Part shown: positions 34,526-46,707 of the stretch, piece by piece | How positions within the stretch are numbered: the first letter of the stretch is position 1 | Layout: the number at the start of each line of letters is the position of its first letter | Program-made: the position numbers and the translations under genes | The notes under the pieces: generated by a model | Database searches by the model: none | Told to the model about the DNA's origin: nothing | Seen by the model: only the letters and a program-made list of their open reading frames with translations | Source: the human T2T-CHM13v2.0 reference genome, Homo sapiens | Strand: one strand, 5' to 3' | Length of the DNA: 64,000 bases | Assembly: GCF_009914755.1 (NCBI RefSeq) | Contig: NC_060929.1

Positions 34526-35585
34526 TTACATTTTGGCATGATTTTGTAGTGGCTGGTACCGGTTGTTCCTTTCCATATTTAGTGCTTTCTTCAGGAGCTC
34601 TTTTAGGGCAGGCCTGGTGGTGACAAAATCTCTCAGCATTTGCTTGTCTGTAAAGGATTTTATTTCTCCTTCACTTATGAAGCTTAGTTTGGCTGGATAT
34701 GAAATTCGCGGTTGAAAATTCTTTCCTTTAAGAATGTTGAATATTGGCCCCCACTATCTTCTGGCTTGTAGAGTTTCTGCCGAGAGATCCGCTGTTAGTC
34801 TGATGGGCTTCCCTTTGTGGGTAACCCGACCTTTCTCTCTGGCTGCCCTTAACATTTTTTCCTTCATTTCAACTTTGGTGAATCTGACAATTATGTGTCT
34901 TGGAGATGCTCTTCTCGAGGAGTATCTTTGTGGCGTTCTCTGTATTTCCTGAATCTGAATGTTGGCCTGCCTTGCTAGATTGGGGAAGTTCTCCTGGATA
35001 ATACGCTGCAGAGTGTTTTCCAACTTGGTTCCATTCTCCCCGTCACTTTCAGGCACACCAATCAGACATAGATTTGGTCTTTTCACATAGTGAAAAGACC
35101 TTCCATACTTCTTGGAAATATGGAAGGAAAGCCTTCCATATTTCTTGGAGGCTTTGTTCGTTTCTTTTTATTCTTTTTTCTCTAAACTTCCCTTCTCGCT
35201 TCATTTCATTCATTTCATCTTCCATCACTGATACCCTTTCTTCCAGTTGATCGTATCGGCTCCTGAGATTTCTGCATTCTTCACGTAGTTCTCGAGCCTT
35301 GGCTTTCAGCTCCATCAGCTCCTTTAAGCACTTCTCTGTATTGTTTATTCTAGTTATACATTCGTCCAAAGTTTTTTCAAAGTTTTCAACTTCTTTGCCT
35401 TTGGTTTGAATTTCCTCCTGTAGCTTGGAGTAGTTTGATCGTCTGAAGCCTTCTTCTCTCAACTCATCAAAGTCATTCTCTGTCCAGCTTTGTTCTGTTG
35501 CAGGTGAGGAGCTGGGTTCCTTTGGAGGTGGAGAGGCGCTCTGCTTTTTAGAGTTTCCAGTTTTTCTGCTCTGTTTTTTCCCCAT
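34526..35585 (-). pseudogene. ORF1: L1 ORF1, frameshifted by a 43-bp insertion
   Basis: MGKKQSRKTGNSK...; frame lost after SLQEIW; resumes KRPNL; 3' boundary approximate. Confidence 0.93.
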
Positions 35586-36618
35586 CTTTGTGGTTTTATC
35601 TACTTTTGGTCTTTGATGATGGTGATGTACAGATGGGTTTTTGGTGTGGATGTCCTTTCTGTTTGTTAGTTTTCCTTCTGACAGACAGGACCCTCAGCTG
35701 CAGGTCTGTTGGAGTTTACTAGAGGTCCACTCCAGACCCTGTTTGCCTGGGTACCAGCAGTGGTGGCTGCAGAACAGTGGATTTTCGTGAACCGCGAATG
35801 CTGCTGTCTGATCGTTCCTCTGGAAGTTTTGTCTCAAGAGGAGTACCCGGCCGTGTGAGGTGTCAGTCTGCCCCTACTGGGGGGTGTCTCCAAGTTAGGC
35901 TGCTTGGGGGTCAGAGGTCAGGGACCCACTTGAGGAGGCAGTCTGCCTGTTCTCAGATCTCCAGCTGCGTGCTGGGAGAACCACTGCTCTCTTCAAAGCT
36001 GTCAGACAGGGACATTTAAGTCTGCAGAGGTTACTGCTGTCTTTTTGTTTGTCTGTGCCCTGCCCCCAGAGGTGGAGCCTACAGAGGCAGGCAGGCCTCC
36101 TTGAGCTGTGGTCTGCTCCACCCAGTTCGAGCTTCCCAGGCTGCTTTGTTTACCTAAGCAAGCCTGGGCAATGGTGGGCGCCTCTCCCCCAGCCTCGCTG
36201 CCGCCTTGCAGTTTGATCTCAGACTGCTGTACTAGCCATCAGGGAGACTCTGTGGGCGTAGGACCCTCCGAGCCATGTGCGGGATATAATCTCCTGGTGC
36301 ACCGTTTTTTAAGCCCGTAGGAAAAGCGCAGTATTAGGGTGGGAGTGACCCGATTTTCCAGGTGCCGTCTGTCACCCCTTTCCTTAACTAGGAAAGGGAA
36401 CTCCCTGACCCCTTGCACTTCCCGAGTGAGGCAATGCTTTGCCCTGCTTCAGCTCACGCACGGTACGCTGCACCCACTGTTCTGTGCCCACTGTCTGGCA
36501 CTCCCTAGTGAGATGAACCCAGTACCTCAGATGGAAATGCAGAAATCACCCGTCTTCTGTGTCGCTCAAGCTGGGAGCTGTAGACCGGAGCTGTTCCTAT
36601 TCGGCCATCTTGGCTCCT
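35586..36618 (-). promoter_or_regulatory. L1 5' UTR (internal sense and antisense promoters, YY1 site, retained 129-bp ZNF93-binding segment about 35714-35842)
   Basis: CAAGATGGCCG at the 5' end; segment between two ggag copies 129 bp apart that L1Hs lacks. Confidence 0.8.
36171..36320 (+). pseudogene. ORF0: L1 antisense ORF0 with premature stop (49 aa)
   Basis: MVGASPPASLPPCSLISDCC...RFLSP* matches the N-terminal part of ORF0. Confidence 0.8.
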
Positions 36619-36733
36619 GGATCCAAGCCTTTTTTAATATAGGTTTTGTATAAAAATAGCCTTAAACAAAAACAACTAGGGACAAATTTAAGCTTTTTCC
36701 ATGTGAATATTAACTGAAGTACATATTTGCCAG

Positions 36734-37223
36734 TGTACTAGTTTTCTATTGCTGCATAACAAATTATCAAAAATTTGAAGCTTAAAACAACATACTTTTA
36801 TGATTTCAGAGCTTCTGTGTCCCTACAGCTTATCTGGATCCTCTGCATAGGGTCTCACAAGGCTGCGTTCAAGATGCTGACCAAAGCTACTTTTTCGTCT
36901 AGAGATTTAACTGGAGAAGAATGCTCTTACAAGCTATGACTCAGGGCCCTGGATTCTTGCTGTACACTGTCAGCTCCTAGCAGTCACCCACAGTTCCTTG
37001 TCATGTGGCCCTTTTCACAGGCAGTTCACAACATGGCAACTAACTTATTTAAGGCCAGCAGAAGAAGGGAGCAAGACAGAGTCTTATAAAATGTAATGTA
37101 ATCATGAGAATGACATCCAATTTGCCATAATCCATGTGTCACAGATGAGGACATTATAAAAGGCATGAATGCCAGAAAGTGGGAAATTTTGGGAGTCACC
37201 TCAAGGGTTTCTCTCCCACTGCA
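36734..37223 (-). mobile_element. MLT1 (F-like) MaLR LTR
   Basis: tgtactagttttctattgctgcataacaaatt...gcttaaaacaac...gggtctcacaaggctg. Confidence 0.75.
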
Positions 37224-37529
37224 ATTAGCAAAATAATACAGACATTTCCAGAATAAATAGAAGTAGATAAAGTAATAATTAGAAAGAAAGTGTTCACAAT
37301 ATAAAAAGTGCTAGCTAAACAGGTCCTATGATATAATGCTGTTCTGTCTACTTCTCTTTCAAATCATGCCACTGGCTTCCGTGAAATGGCCAATCATGGG
37401 TCACAGGTTGTACTGCTAAATTTAGGAGCTGATTTTATTTGTTTAGTCACTTGATTTGTAGATAAGAGAGTTAGATAGAAACAGACAGAAGAAGAGAGAT
37501 AGACAAGCTTGCCTTCAGACTGCCATGTT

Positions 37530-38024
37530 GTGGTAGACTAGTGCAATAATTCCTGCTAATTTGTTCATGTCTCACTGCATGCCTATCCTTTTGGAAATTA
37601 CCATCCTACATGGATTTTGTGCTTGGCCATATTAAATACAGCTTTCTTTGACCAATGGCACAGTAGCAAATATGTCACTTGCAGAGGCCTGAATGACAAT
37701 TAAGCATCGACGCTTGCTTTCTCTCCATCTTGAAGTTTGTCACAACAACTTTAACAAGGCTGAACCAGCCTACTGGATATTAAGAGACCCATAGCCCACT
37801 TGCACGTATTGTTCCAGCCAGTAATCAATCCCTTAAAAGCAGATCTGCCTACTTAACCAGTAGCTGAATGCAGACGCAAGAGCAGATCCAGGTTAAATCA
37901 TGAGAACCTTCCTGCTGAGCCCAACCAAAAATTGATCATACACAGAATCATGAGCTGAAAAACATGTTTAAATCAATTAGGTTTTGTGGTTGTTTGTTAA
38001 GCAGAAAAAGATGGCCAATAAACA
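37530..38024 (+). mobile_element. MLT1 (H-like) MaLR LTR
   Basis: ctttgaccaatggcacagtagcaaat...gctgagcccaacc...ttttgtggttgtttgttaagcag. Confidence 0.7.
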
Positions 38025-39069
38025 TACCTACAGATTATTGTATCTAATATGTATAGGCGTACATATATGTGTGTGTATGTATACATACACACATGTGCAT
38101 ATGCATAAAATCCAAGGTCCATAGATATTACTGAATATTGATTGTATATTACAAGGAAGCTAAAGAAAGTTGATATATCCTCATAAACACTCCCTGTATG
38201 ACTAAAGTGTAACTTCCTTTTTTTCTTTCTTTTTTAGCAGCAAAATCACTGTTAGGAGTATGCCTAGCAAAGACTATTCCTGAACAAAAAAAAATTTTGA
38301 AATTGGTTTTTATAAATTATTTCCTCTTTTTGTCAAGAAAAGTATTTGCTGTTGCTTGATTACAGTGAACAAGTCTGTAATCAAATGAATTCTAAGAAGA
38401 ATTACATTACTTCAGTCACTTTTAGTAACCAGGACATTACAGCTGCATTTATGGTTTATAAGAAAACAAAAATTCAATTAGTTATATTGTAGAAGGGAAT
38501 ACAGATGGAGATATTTTTGAAAGTTGCATACATCAAAGAAAGAAAAGTTGCTGGGTTTTTTTAATGAGAAAAGGAGCTAAAATGTCTTTCTGCACTCTGC
38601 TGGAAAAGAGTTTCTACTTTATTTCTTATATTGACTAACCAAAAGCAAAGAGGTTTGTGGAGCATTTTTGAAGGATGTTCTCAAAATAGAGAAGAGAATT
38701 TAGAAAGTTTTGCATATCATAAAAATATTGTTCTATGCCAGTTAACTGACTTTGGGATTTAAATAAATCTGGACTCATTAAATTTAATCTTTTATTGTTA
38801 TTATTTTTAAAAATATTTCACTTTGTATTAATAATTTTAACTACTCTCTGTGTATTCATCAATAAAATATCTAGATGATAAGTGAAAAATTTAATGAATA
38901 GGACATTTAAATGGAAAAGCATATAAATATAATGATCCATATATAAATACCTAAAGATATTTTTTGTTCTAATAATATCAGCTCTCATATTTATTTAAAG
39001 ATCAAAAAGGCATTGGAAACTATAAAGTGATTAAAATATCCCCTTCTTTTGAATAATCAACAAGTCCCA

Positions 39070-39705
39070 AAGTTCCTGTTTCCTGACTATTCCTTGAAGC
39101 TATTTTTCTTTTTCTTCTCAGGTCTCTGCCACTAAGTTAGTTCTGGTTCTCTTTGCATTTTGCCTGGATCACTGCACTGGCTGTTTAAATTGTCTCCTTT
39201 CTTCATCTCTTGTTGTTTTCTAATCTTTGAACATCACATTCTAGCAATATAAAATTACTAGTAGTTGGTTGAATGCACTATTTTGTCTCATTTGTCCATG
39301 CATATTTATGTATTAAAATGTCCTTATCATTCTCTGTATGAGTACCTATCATCTTCAAAAACATGGACTAGATATTTCCTCCAATTATATTAAATGGTCT
39401 CAATGACTTAATCATTTCTCATGTCTTCCACACGTGTTTACCATCCACATTTCTATGTTTGTATCTTGTGCAAAATTTTATTACAATGTTTAGTGTTCTA
39501 CATCAAAATTATGTTATAATTTTTAAATCTTAAATAAATGTCTGTTGTATCTAATACATTATGTAGACTTTGTTTTTATATTTGTCAGTGCTCACAGAGA
39601 CTCTATATTCTTTGAGAAAAAAATTGTTTTATGTATCTTTTTTCTTAATCTCTAGCACTTACAACAGTATCTACCTTTAAGAATATATTCAAAAAACTGT
39701 TACAT
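39070..39705 (+). mobile_element. L2 fragments
   Basis: ctctgccactaagttag...cctggatcactgca; tctagcacttacaacagtatct. Confidence 0.45.
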
Positions 39706-39985
39706 GGCTTCTGAGAAAACAACAAATTAGCCATTTAACCTGAATATTTTGAAGCTTATGGATGAAGAATATTTTCATGATGGAAACAACATGAGGTAAA
39801 TTAGCAGCAGAGATTCATCTGGAAGTATGATATATTGTTTAAAAAAACTTTTTAAAGTCATTTCTGTCCAAATATAAAACATTATGTGATTTATCTCTTT
39901 TTTTCTCAAAATACAATTCTAATTAATAAAAAATGTTATATTTTCAAGTACAAAATAAAGTTCAATGTATCTGTTACCCATTTTA

Positions 39986-40048
39986 TTTATGTTATTATTT
40001 TTTATTGATACACAATAGATGTACCTATTTCGGGGGTACCTGTGATAA
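39986..40048 (-). mobile_element. 63-bp L1MA 3' stub with TSD
   Basis: TSD tacccatttta at 39975-39985 and 40049-40059; tttattgatacacaatagatgtac. Confidence 0.75.
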
Positions 40049-40234
40049 TACCCATTTTAATGCTTAGTGAAGCTGTCACATTTAAATATGTTTTAAGCCC
40101 AAAGTTTTCTTTTATTTTGATAATGAATGTAACATGTTATTTAAAAATAACTGCTTTTAGATATTCTTAACAACTTAGAACTTTTGTTCTGTCTTTCCTA
40201 GGTTGTTATATAAAGAAAAAAATATTTTATTTAA

Positions 40235-42110
40235 GGAGAATTCTGGGAAAATGGCAAGCAGGAAACACAGGGAATCTGTCTTCCCACCTAGATAACAATT
40301 GAACTAGTAGAATCTGTCTGATGTACTATTTTGGAACTCTGGAGTTTACTGGAGGCTTGCAACTTCTGGGGGAGGCTTGGACAGCAAGCTTGGTTTAATT
40401 TCAGTCAGTCGCAGCTTTTAGCACAATAGTGACTACCTCCACCTCCAGCCACATGGCAGGCAGCTGTATACCTGTTCCTGGAGTAGCTTGCATGTAGTTT
40501 GTAGGAGCAAGGATAGGCAAAATATCCCTTTTAAGTTTACACACCTCAACAGAGAGCCAGCCTAAAGCAGTAACAAATAATAATAAAGAGCAAACCCTGA
40601 AGGGGGTAATCTAATTTCAAGAGGTAAACACATTGTAAATTCAAATCTTCAATTTCAAACAAAAAAGTCACAAAGCATACACAGAAACAAAAATTATGGC
40701 CCACTCAAACAAAAAACAAAACAAACAAAACAAAAACTATCTCTGAAGAAAGACCTCATAGCAGATCTACTAGACAATGATTTTAAAAAACCTTAAAGAT
40801 ATTCAAAGACCTAAATAAAGAAATGGAAGGAGTCAAGAAAACAGTGTATGGGCAAAATGAGATGTCAATAAAAAGATAGAAAACCAATAAAGATACACAC
40901 AAGAATTCTGGAGCTGAAACATATAATAATGCAAATGAAAAAAATATTAAAGGTATCTTAAAACTGTTTAATCAGGCAGAACAAAGAAGCAGCAAATTTG
41001 GAGACAGAACAATGGTAATTATCAAGTCTAAGGAACAGGAAGAAAAAATAGAGGAAAAGTGAGCAAAGCCAAAAAACCTGTAGGACACCATCAACTTGAC
41101 CAACATATGTATTGCAGGTACAGAAAATGTACAAAAGACAGGAAATGTGGGAAGAGAGAATATTTGAAGAAATAATGGTTGAAAATTTCCCAAATTTAAC
41201 ACAAGATATGAACATAAACATCCAAAAAGCTTAATAAACTCCAAATAAGATGCACTCAAAGATATACACATAAATATATGTTATAATCAAACTTTCAAAA
41301 GACAAAAAAAAAAAGAATCTTCAGAGGAACAAAAGGGAAATAAGTCATTAAGCACTCTTCACAATAGTAAAGTCATGGAATCAACCTATGTGTCCAACAA
41401 CGGATGATTGGATTTAAAAATATGGTATAGATACATATTTTTAAATGTATAGACAGTAAATAGATAGTACTGTCTAGTTTCATTCTAGTAAGTGAACCCA
41501 GACAGTAACTTGAAGTCATATGCAAAATAAAGATCTGAGTAAAGAAAATACATGATAAATACGTAAACACTTTAAAAATCTAGTACTATCATAACAACAG
41601 TCTGTAACTTCACTTTTTGTTCTCTACTCAACAGAAAGTCACTAATCTATTTTTAAAAAATAATTATTAGTTTAAAAGCTGGTGTTATTTTAACTTTTGT
41701 TTGTAATTCTACATTTTGTTTTCTACGTAAGAGGCTAATGCATTTAAAAAATATTAATTTATGTTTTTAAACACATTATGTAAAGATATAATTTTGTGAC
41801 ATCAACAAGTGAAAGGAATGGGAACAAAGAATTTAAAGGATCAGTGTTTCTGTGTGTCATTAAAATTAAGCTGGTAAATCTAAGTTAGTATATAACTTAA
41901 GGATATTATATATAATCTATAAGATAACTATAGTGAATATGGATATAAAATATTCACAAAAGGAAATAAGAAAATAATGTAAGGATTTGTATTACAAAAA
42001 TAAACACAAAAGGAAATAAAAATGCAGAAAATGACGAACAAAAAAGCTATAAGGTACATAGAAAACCAATAGCAAAATGACAGAAGTAAATTCTTCCTTA
42101 TCAGTCAACT
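40235..42110 (+). mobile_element. Ancient L1M (L1M4-like) 5' UTR/ORF1 region
   Basis: ttctgggaaaatggc start; gaattctggagctgaa; gaatatttgaagaaataatggttgaaaatttccc. Confidence 0.7.
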
Positions 42111-42113
42111 ATA

Positions 42114-42474
42114 AAAAGGAAGGGGATTTTGACACAAGCTATAACATAGATGAACCTTGAAGCCATTATGCTAAGTGAAGTAAGTCAGTCACAAAAAGCC
42201 AAATACTGTATGATTTCATTTATGTGGGGTAACTAGAGTAGTGAAAATCATGAGGACAGAAAGTAGAGTGGTGATTGCAGGGGTTGAGGAAGTGGGGAAT
42301 AGGAAGTTATTTTTTAATAGAGTTAACTAGAGTTTCAGTTTTGCAAGATGAAAAGAGTTCTGAAGATGAATGGATGGTGGGTTGTACAAAATGAGTGTAC
42401 TTAATGCCACAAAAACATACACTTAAAATGGTTAAGATGATAAATTTTATGTTATGTATATTTCATCACAATTA
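42114..42474 (+). mobile_element. L1MB 3' end
   Basis: gatgaaccttgaagccattatgctaagtgaa...cacttaaaatggttaagatg. Confidence 0.75.
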
Positions 42475-42477
42475 AAC

Positions 42478-42970
42478 AATCCCACCACTAGGTATATATA
42501 TATTTTTAAAAGGGCATCAGTATATCAAAGAGATACCTGCATGTTTACTGTAGCACTATTCACAACAGCCAAGATTTGGAATCAACCTAAGTGTCCAAGA
42601 ACAGATGAATGGATAAAGAAAAAGTGTTTCATATACACGAGGAATATTATTCAGCCATAAAAAGAATAAGATTGAGTCATTTGCAACATGGATGGAACTG
42701 CAGGACATTATATTAAGTGCAATAATCCAAGCACAGAAAGACAAATTTTGCATGTTGTCAACCATATGAGGCACCTAAAAATTAAAGCAATTGAATTCAT
42801 CCAGACAGAGAGCAGAATGATAGTTACCAGAGGATAGGAAGGAAAGCACGGAAAGGGGAAAGTGGAGATGGTTAGTTGGTGCAGAAATATAGTTAATTAG
42901 AATGAATAAGATCTAGTATTTGATAGCACAACAGGGTAACATGATCAACAACAATTTATTGTATACTTTA
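42478..42970 (+). mobile_element. L1MA2/3 3' fragment lacking the last ~200 bp
   Basis: gaataagatctagtatttgatagcacaacagggt; stops at aatttattgtatacttt. Confidence 0.75.
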
Positions 42971-42971
42971 C

Positions 42972-43008
<37 letters not shown>

Positions 43009-43125
43009 TCGGAGACGGAGTCTCACTCTGTCGGCCAGGCTGGAGTGCAGTGGTGCGATCTCGGCTCACTGCAACCTCTGCATCTGGGGCTCAAGCACTT
43101 CTCCTGCCTCAGCCTCCTGGGTAGC
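42972..43125 (-). mobile_element. Truncated Alu right arm with (TAT)n tail
   Basis: (tat)n then gagacggagtctcactctg...cctcctgggtagc. Confidence 0.9.
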
Positions 43126-43386
43126 ATTTTAAAATGTGTGCTATGTAAATTAACATAGTAGTACTTTTGAAATTAGCACATTATTCATATGTGAGTCATC
43201 AGGAGCAATTTCCAGAAGTTTTTTATTCAGTACATACACTTTATATACTAGTTTAAAAAATACTGTTTTTTCATGAATACCTTAACATTCACTGTCACAT
43301 GCTTTTTTCAATAAAATATATAATTCTAGAGAGGTTCTACATTTTGTGAATGATATAGTGTATTTTTAAATTTTTACATCAGTTCA

Positions 43387-43700
43387 GCCAGGTGTGGTGG
43401 TTCACGCCTGTAATCCCAGAACTTTGGGAGGCGGAGGCAGGCAGATCACCTGAGGACATGAATTAGAGACCACCCTGGCCAACACAGTGAAACCCTATCT
43501 CTACAAAAAAAAAAAAAAAAAAAAAACCTAGCTGGCCTTGGTGGCAGACGCCTGTATTTCCAGCTACTCTGGAGACTGAGGTATGAAAATCACTTGAACC
43601 CAGCAGGCGGAGGTTGCATTGCATTGGGCCGAGACTGCGCCATTGTGCTCCAGCCTGGGTGACAGATGGAGACTTCGTTTCAAAAAAAAAGGAAAAAAAA
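43387..43700 (+). mobile_element. AluS with expanded middle A-tract
   Basis: Dimer; flanking repeat atcagttca. Confidence 0.9.
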
Positions 43701-44013
43701 TAATTTAGATCAGTTCAGAAAGTTTCTATGATATAAATCTAATAGCACAATGATTAAGCCTCAATTAGATTCATTTTTCCTACATCCTCTATGTATTAAA
43801 CATTTGGGCCTCTTTTGAGATGTACCAGGAGACTACTTTATTAATGAGGACAGAAATTTTTCCAAAGCCACAGTTAAGCCCTGACTTCAAGAGATTTTAG
43901 AAAATTAACCAAAATAAATTAATAAACTTACTTTTTCAATTACCATAAGTTTACATTTCTTGTACTCTGCTAATGAAATAAATTAATAATATAATCATGC
44001 ATATGACATTTCC

Positions 44014-44167
44014 TTTTTTTATTATTATTATACTTTAAGCTCTGAGGTACATGTGCAGAATATGCAGGTTTGTTACATAGGTATACATGTGCCATGGTGG
44101 TTTGCCGCACCCATCAACCCATCATCTACATTAGGTATTCCTCCCAATGCTATCCCTCCCCTAGCCC
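44014..44167 (-). mobile_element. L1PA7/8-type 3' stub
   Basis: gtgccatggtggtttgccgcacccatcaacc. Confidence 0.8.
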
Positions 44168-44329
44168 TACGTGATAGCCTCATTTTTCCTATCATTTTCT
44201 TCATATTATTTTATGTTGTCTTGCTTTCCTTTTTCTCTGACTCCAAATATTCAAATACATTTTCCTTCAGAAATTCCACTATTATAAATAAATCTGTGAA
44301 TTTCACATTTTCTGACTTTTTAAAAATAC

Positions 44330-45806
44330 TTTTTAATTTTAATTTTTTATTTTTATAGGTTTAGGGGTTACAAGTGCACTTGTGTTCTATGGATATATTG
44401 TGTAGAGGCTAAGTTTGGGCTTTTAGTATACCCATCACCCAAATAGTATATATCGTACCCAATAGTTAGTATTTTAATTTTCACCACACTCCTACACTCC
44501 TACCTTTTGCTGTCTTCAAAGTCTACTATTCCACTCTGTATGTCTGTATGCACCCATTGTTTAACTTCCCCTTGTAAATGAAAACATGCAATTTTTTCCC
44601 TTCCTGTTTCTGAATGATTTCACTAAGTATAATGACTCTAGCATCATCCATGTTGATGGCAAAAGACATGATTTTATTCTTTTTATGACTCAGTAGTATT
44701 CATGGCATATAATATATATACACATATATATATTTGTGTATATGTATGGGTGTGTGTATATATATGTATGTGTATATATATGCGTATATATATATATATG
44801 CATATATATGTGTATACATATATATAACATTTTCTTTATCTAATCATTCATTCATTCATGGACATTTAGGTTGATTCCATTACTTTGTTATTGTGAATAT
44901 ACTTTGTTTTCCTGATATAATTATTTCTTTTCCTTTGGGTAGATACCCAGTAGATATCCAGTTACTGGACTTAAGGGTAGTTCTATATTTATTTCTTTCA
45001 GAAACCTCCATACTCTTTGGCCTATAGGTTGTACTAATTTACATTCCCACTGACAGTGTATAAACATTCCCATTTCTTCACATCCTCACTAACGTGTGTT
45101 TTTTTAACTTTTTAATAATAGCGATTCTGACTGGTATAGATGGTATATCATTGTGGTTTTAATTTGTATTTCTCCGGTGATTAGTGATGTTGCACATTTT
45201 TTCATATGTTTATTGACCACTTTTATGTCTTCTTTTGAGGAGGGTCTGTTCATTATACTTTGCCCACTTTCTAATGGGGTAATTTGTATTTTTTCTTGTT
45301 GAGTTGTTTGAGTTCTTGTAGATTCTGGATAATAGTTTATTGTTGGATTAATAATTTGTAAATATATTCTCTCATTCCATAGGCTGTGTCTTTACTCTGT
45401 TTTTTTTTTCAGTGCAGAAGCTTTTTAGTTTAATTAAGTCCTGTTTGTCTATTTTTGTTTTTGTTGTGTTTCCTTTCGATAACTTAGACATAATTTTTTT
45501 GTGCCTAGAGTAATGTCTAAATAATTTTTCTTAGGTTTTCTTTCAGCGTGTTTACATTTTCAGGTCTCACATTTAAATCTTTCATCTATCTTGAATTAAC
45601 TTTTGTATACAGTGAGAAACAGGGCTCCAGTTTCATTCTTCTGCATTTTACTCTCCAATTTTCCAAGCACCATTTATTGAATAGGGTGTTCTTTGCCCAG
45701 GGTATATTTTTGTTAACTTTATCAAATATCAGTTGGTTGAAAGTATGTGGCTCCATTTCTTTGTTCTCCATTTTATCCAATTTTCTGTGTCTATTTTTAT
45801 ACTAGT
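44330..45806 (-). mobile_element. L1PB (PB3/4-like) 3' portion with internal (TA/TG)n at 44712-44827
   Basis: gggcttttagtatacccatcacccaaatagt; ORF2 C-terminal remnant 45586-45780. Confidence 0.8.
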
Positions 45807-45829
45807 ATGCTACACAACACACATTATAG

Positions 45830-46200
45830 TCACATTATTAGGGAGGGAAAATCCCATCCAAATTAAAGCGAATTCAAAACTGAGGAGAGATAGCTTATCC
45901 AGATGAGAAGCAATCAGAAAAACAATTCTGGAAGTAATTTTTTTTAAAGAGTAATATAACACCTCCAAAGGATCACACTAACTCTCCAGCAATGAATCCT
46001 AACCAAAAAGAAAACTTTGAAATACTAAAGAATTCAAAATATTGATTCTAAAGAAGCTCAATGAAATCCATTATAAATTTGAAAACTAACATAAATAAAT
46101 CCAAAAACTAATTTGGGATTTGAAAGAAGAGATAGACATTATTTTAAAAAACCAAACAGAACCTCTAGAAATGAAAACTTCCTTGAAGGAATTAGAATAT
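45830..46200 (+). mobile_element. L1PB/L1M ORF1 5' fragment
   Basis: cagatgagaagcaatcagaaaaacaattctgg...ggatcacactaactctccagcaatg. Confidence 0.65.
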
Positions 46201-46210
46201 TTTACCTTTA

Positions 46211-46707
<497 letters not shown>

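Noticed and set aside
38070-38093. Perfect 24-bp palindrome
   Set aside because: Arises from adjacent (TG)/(CA) microsatellites
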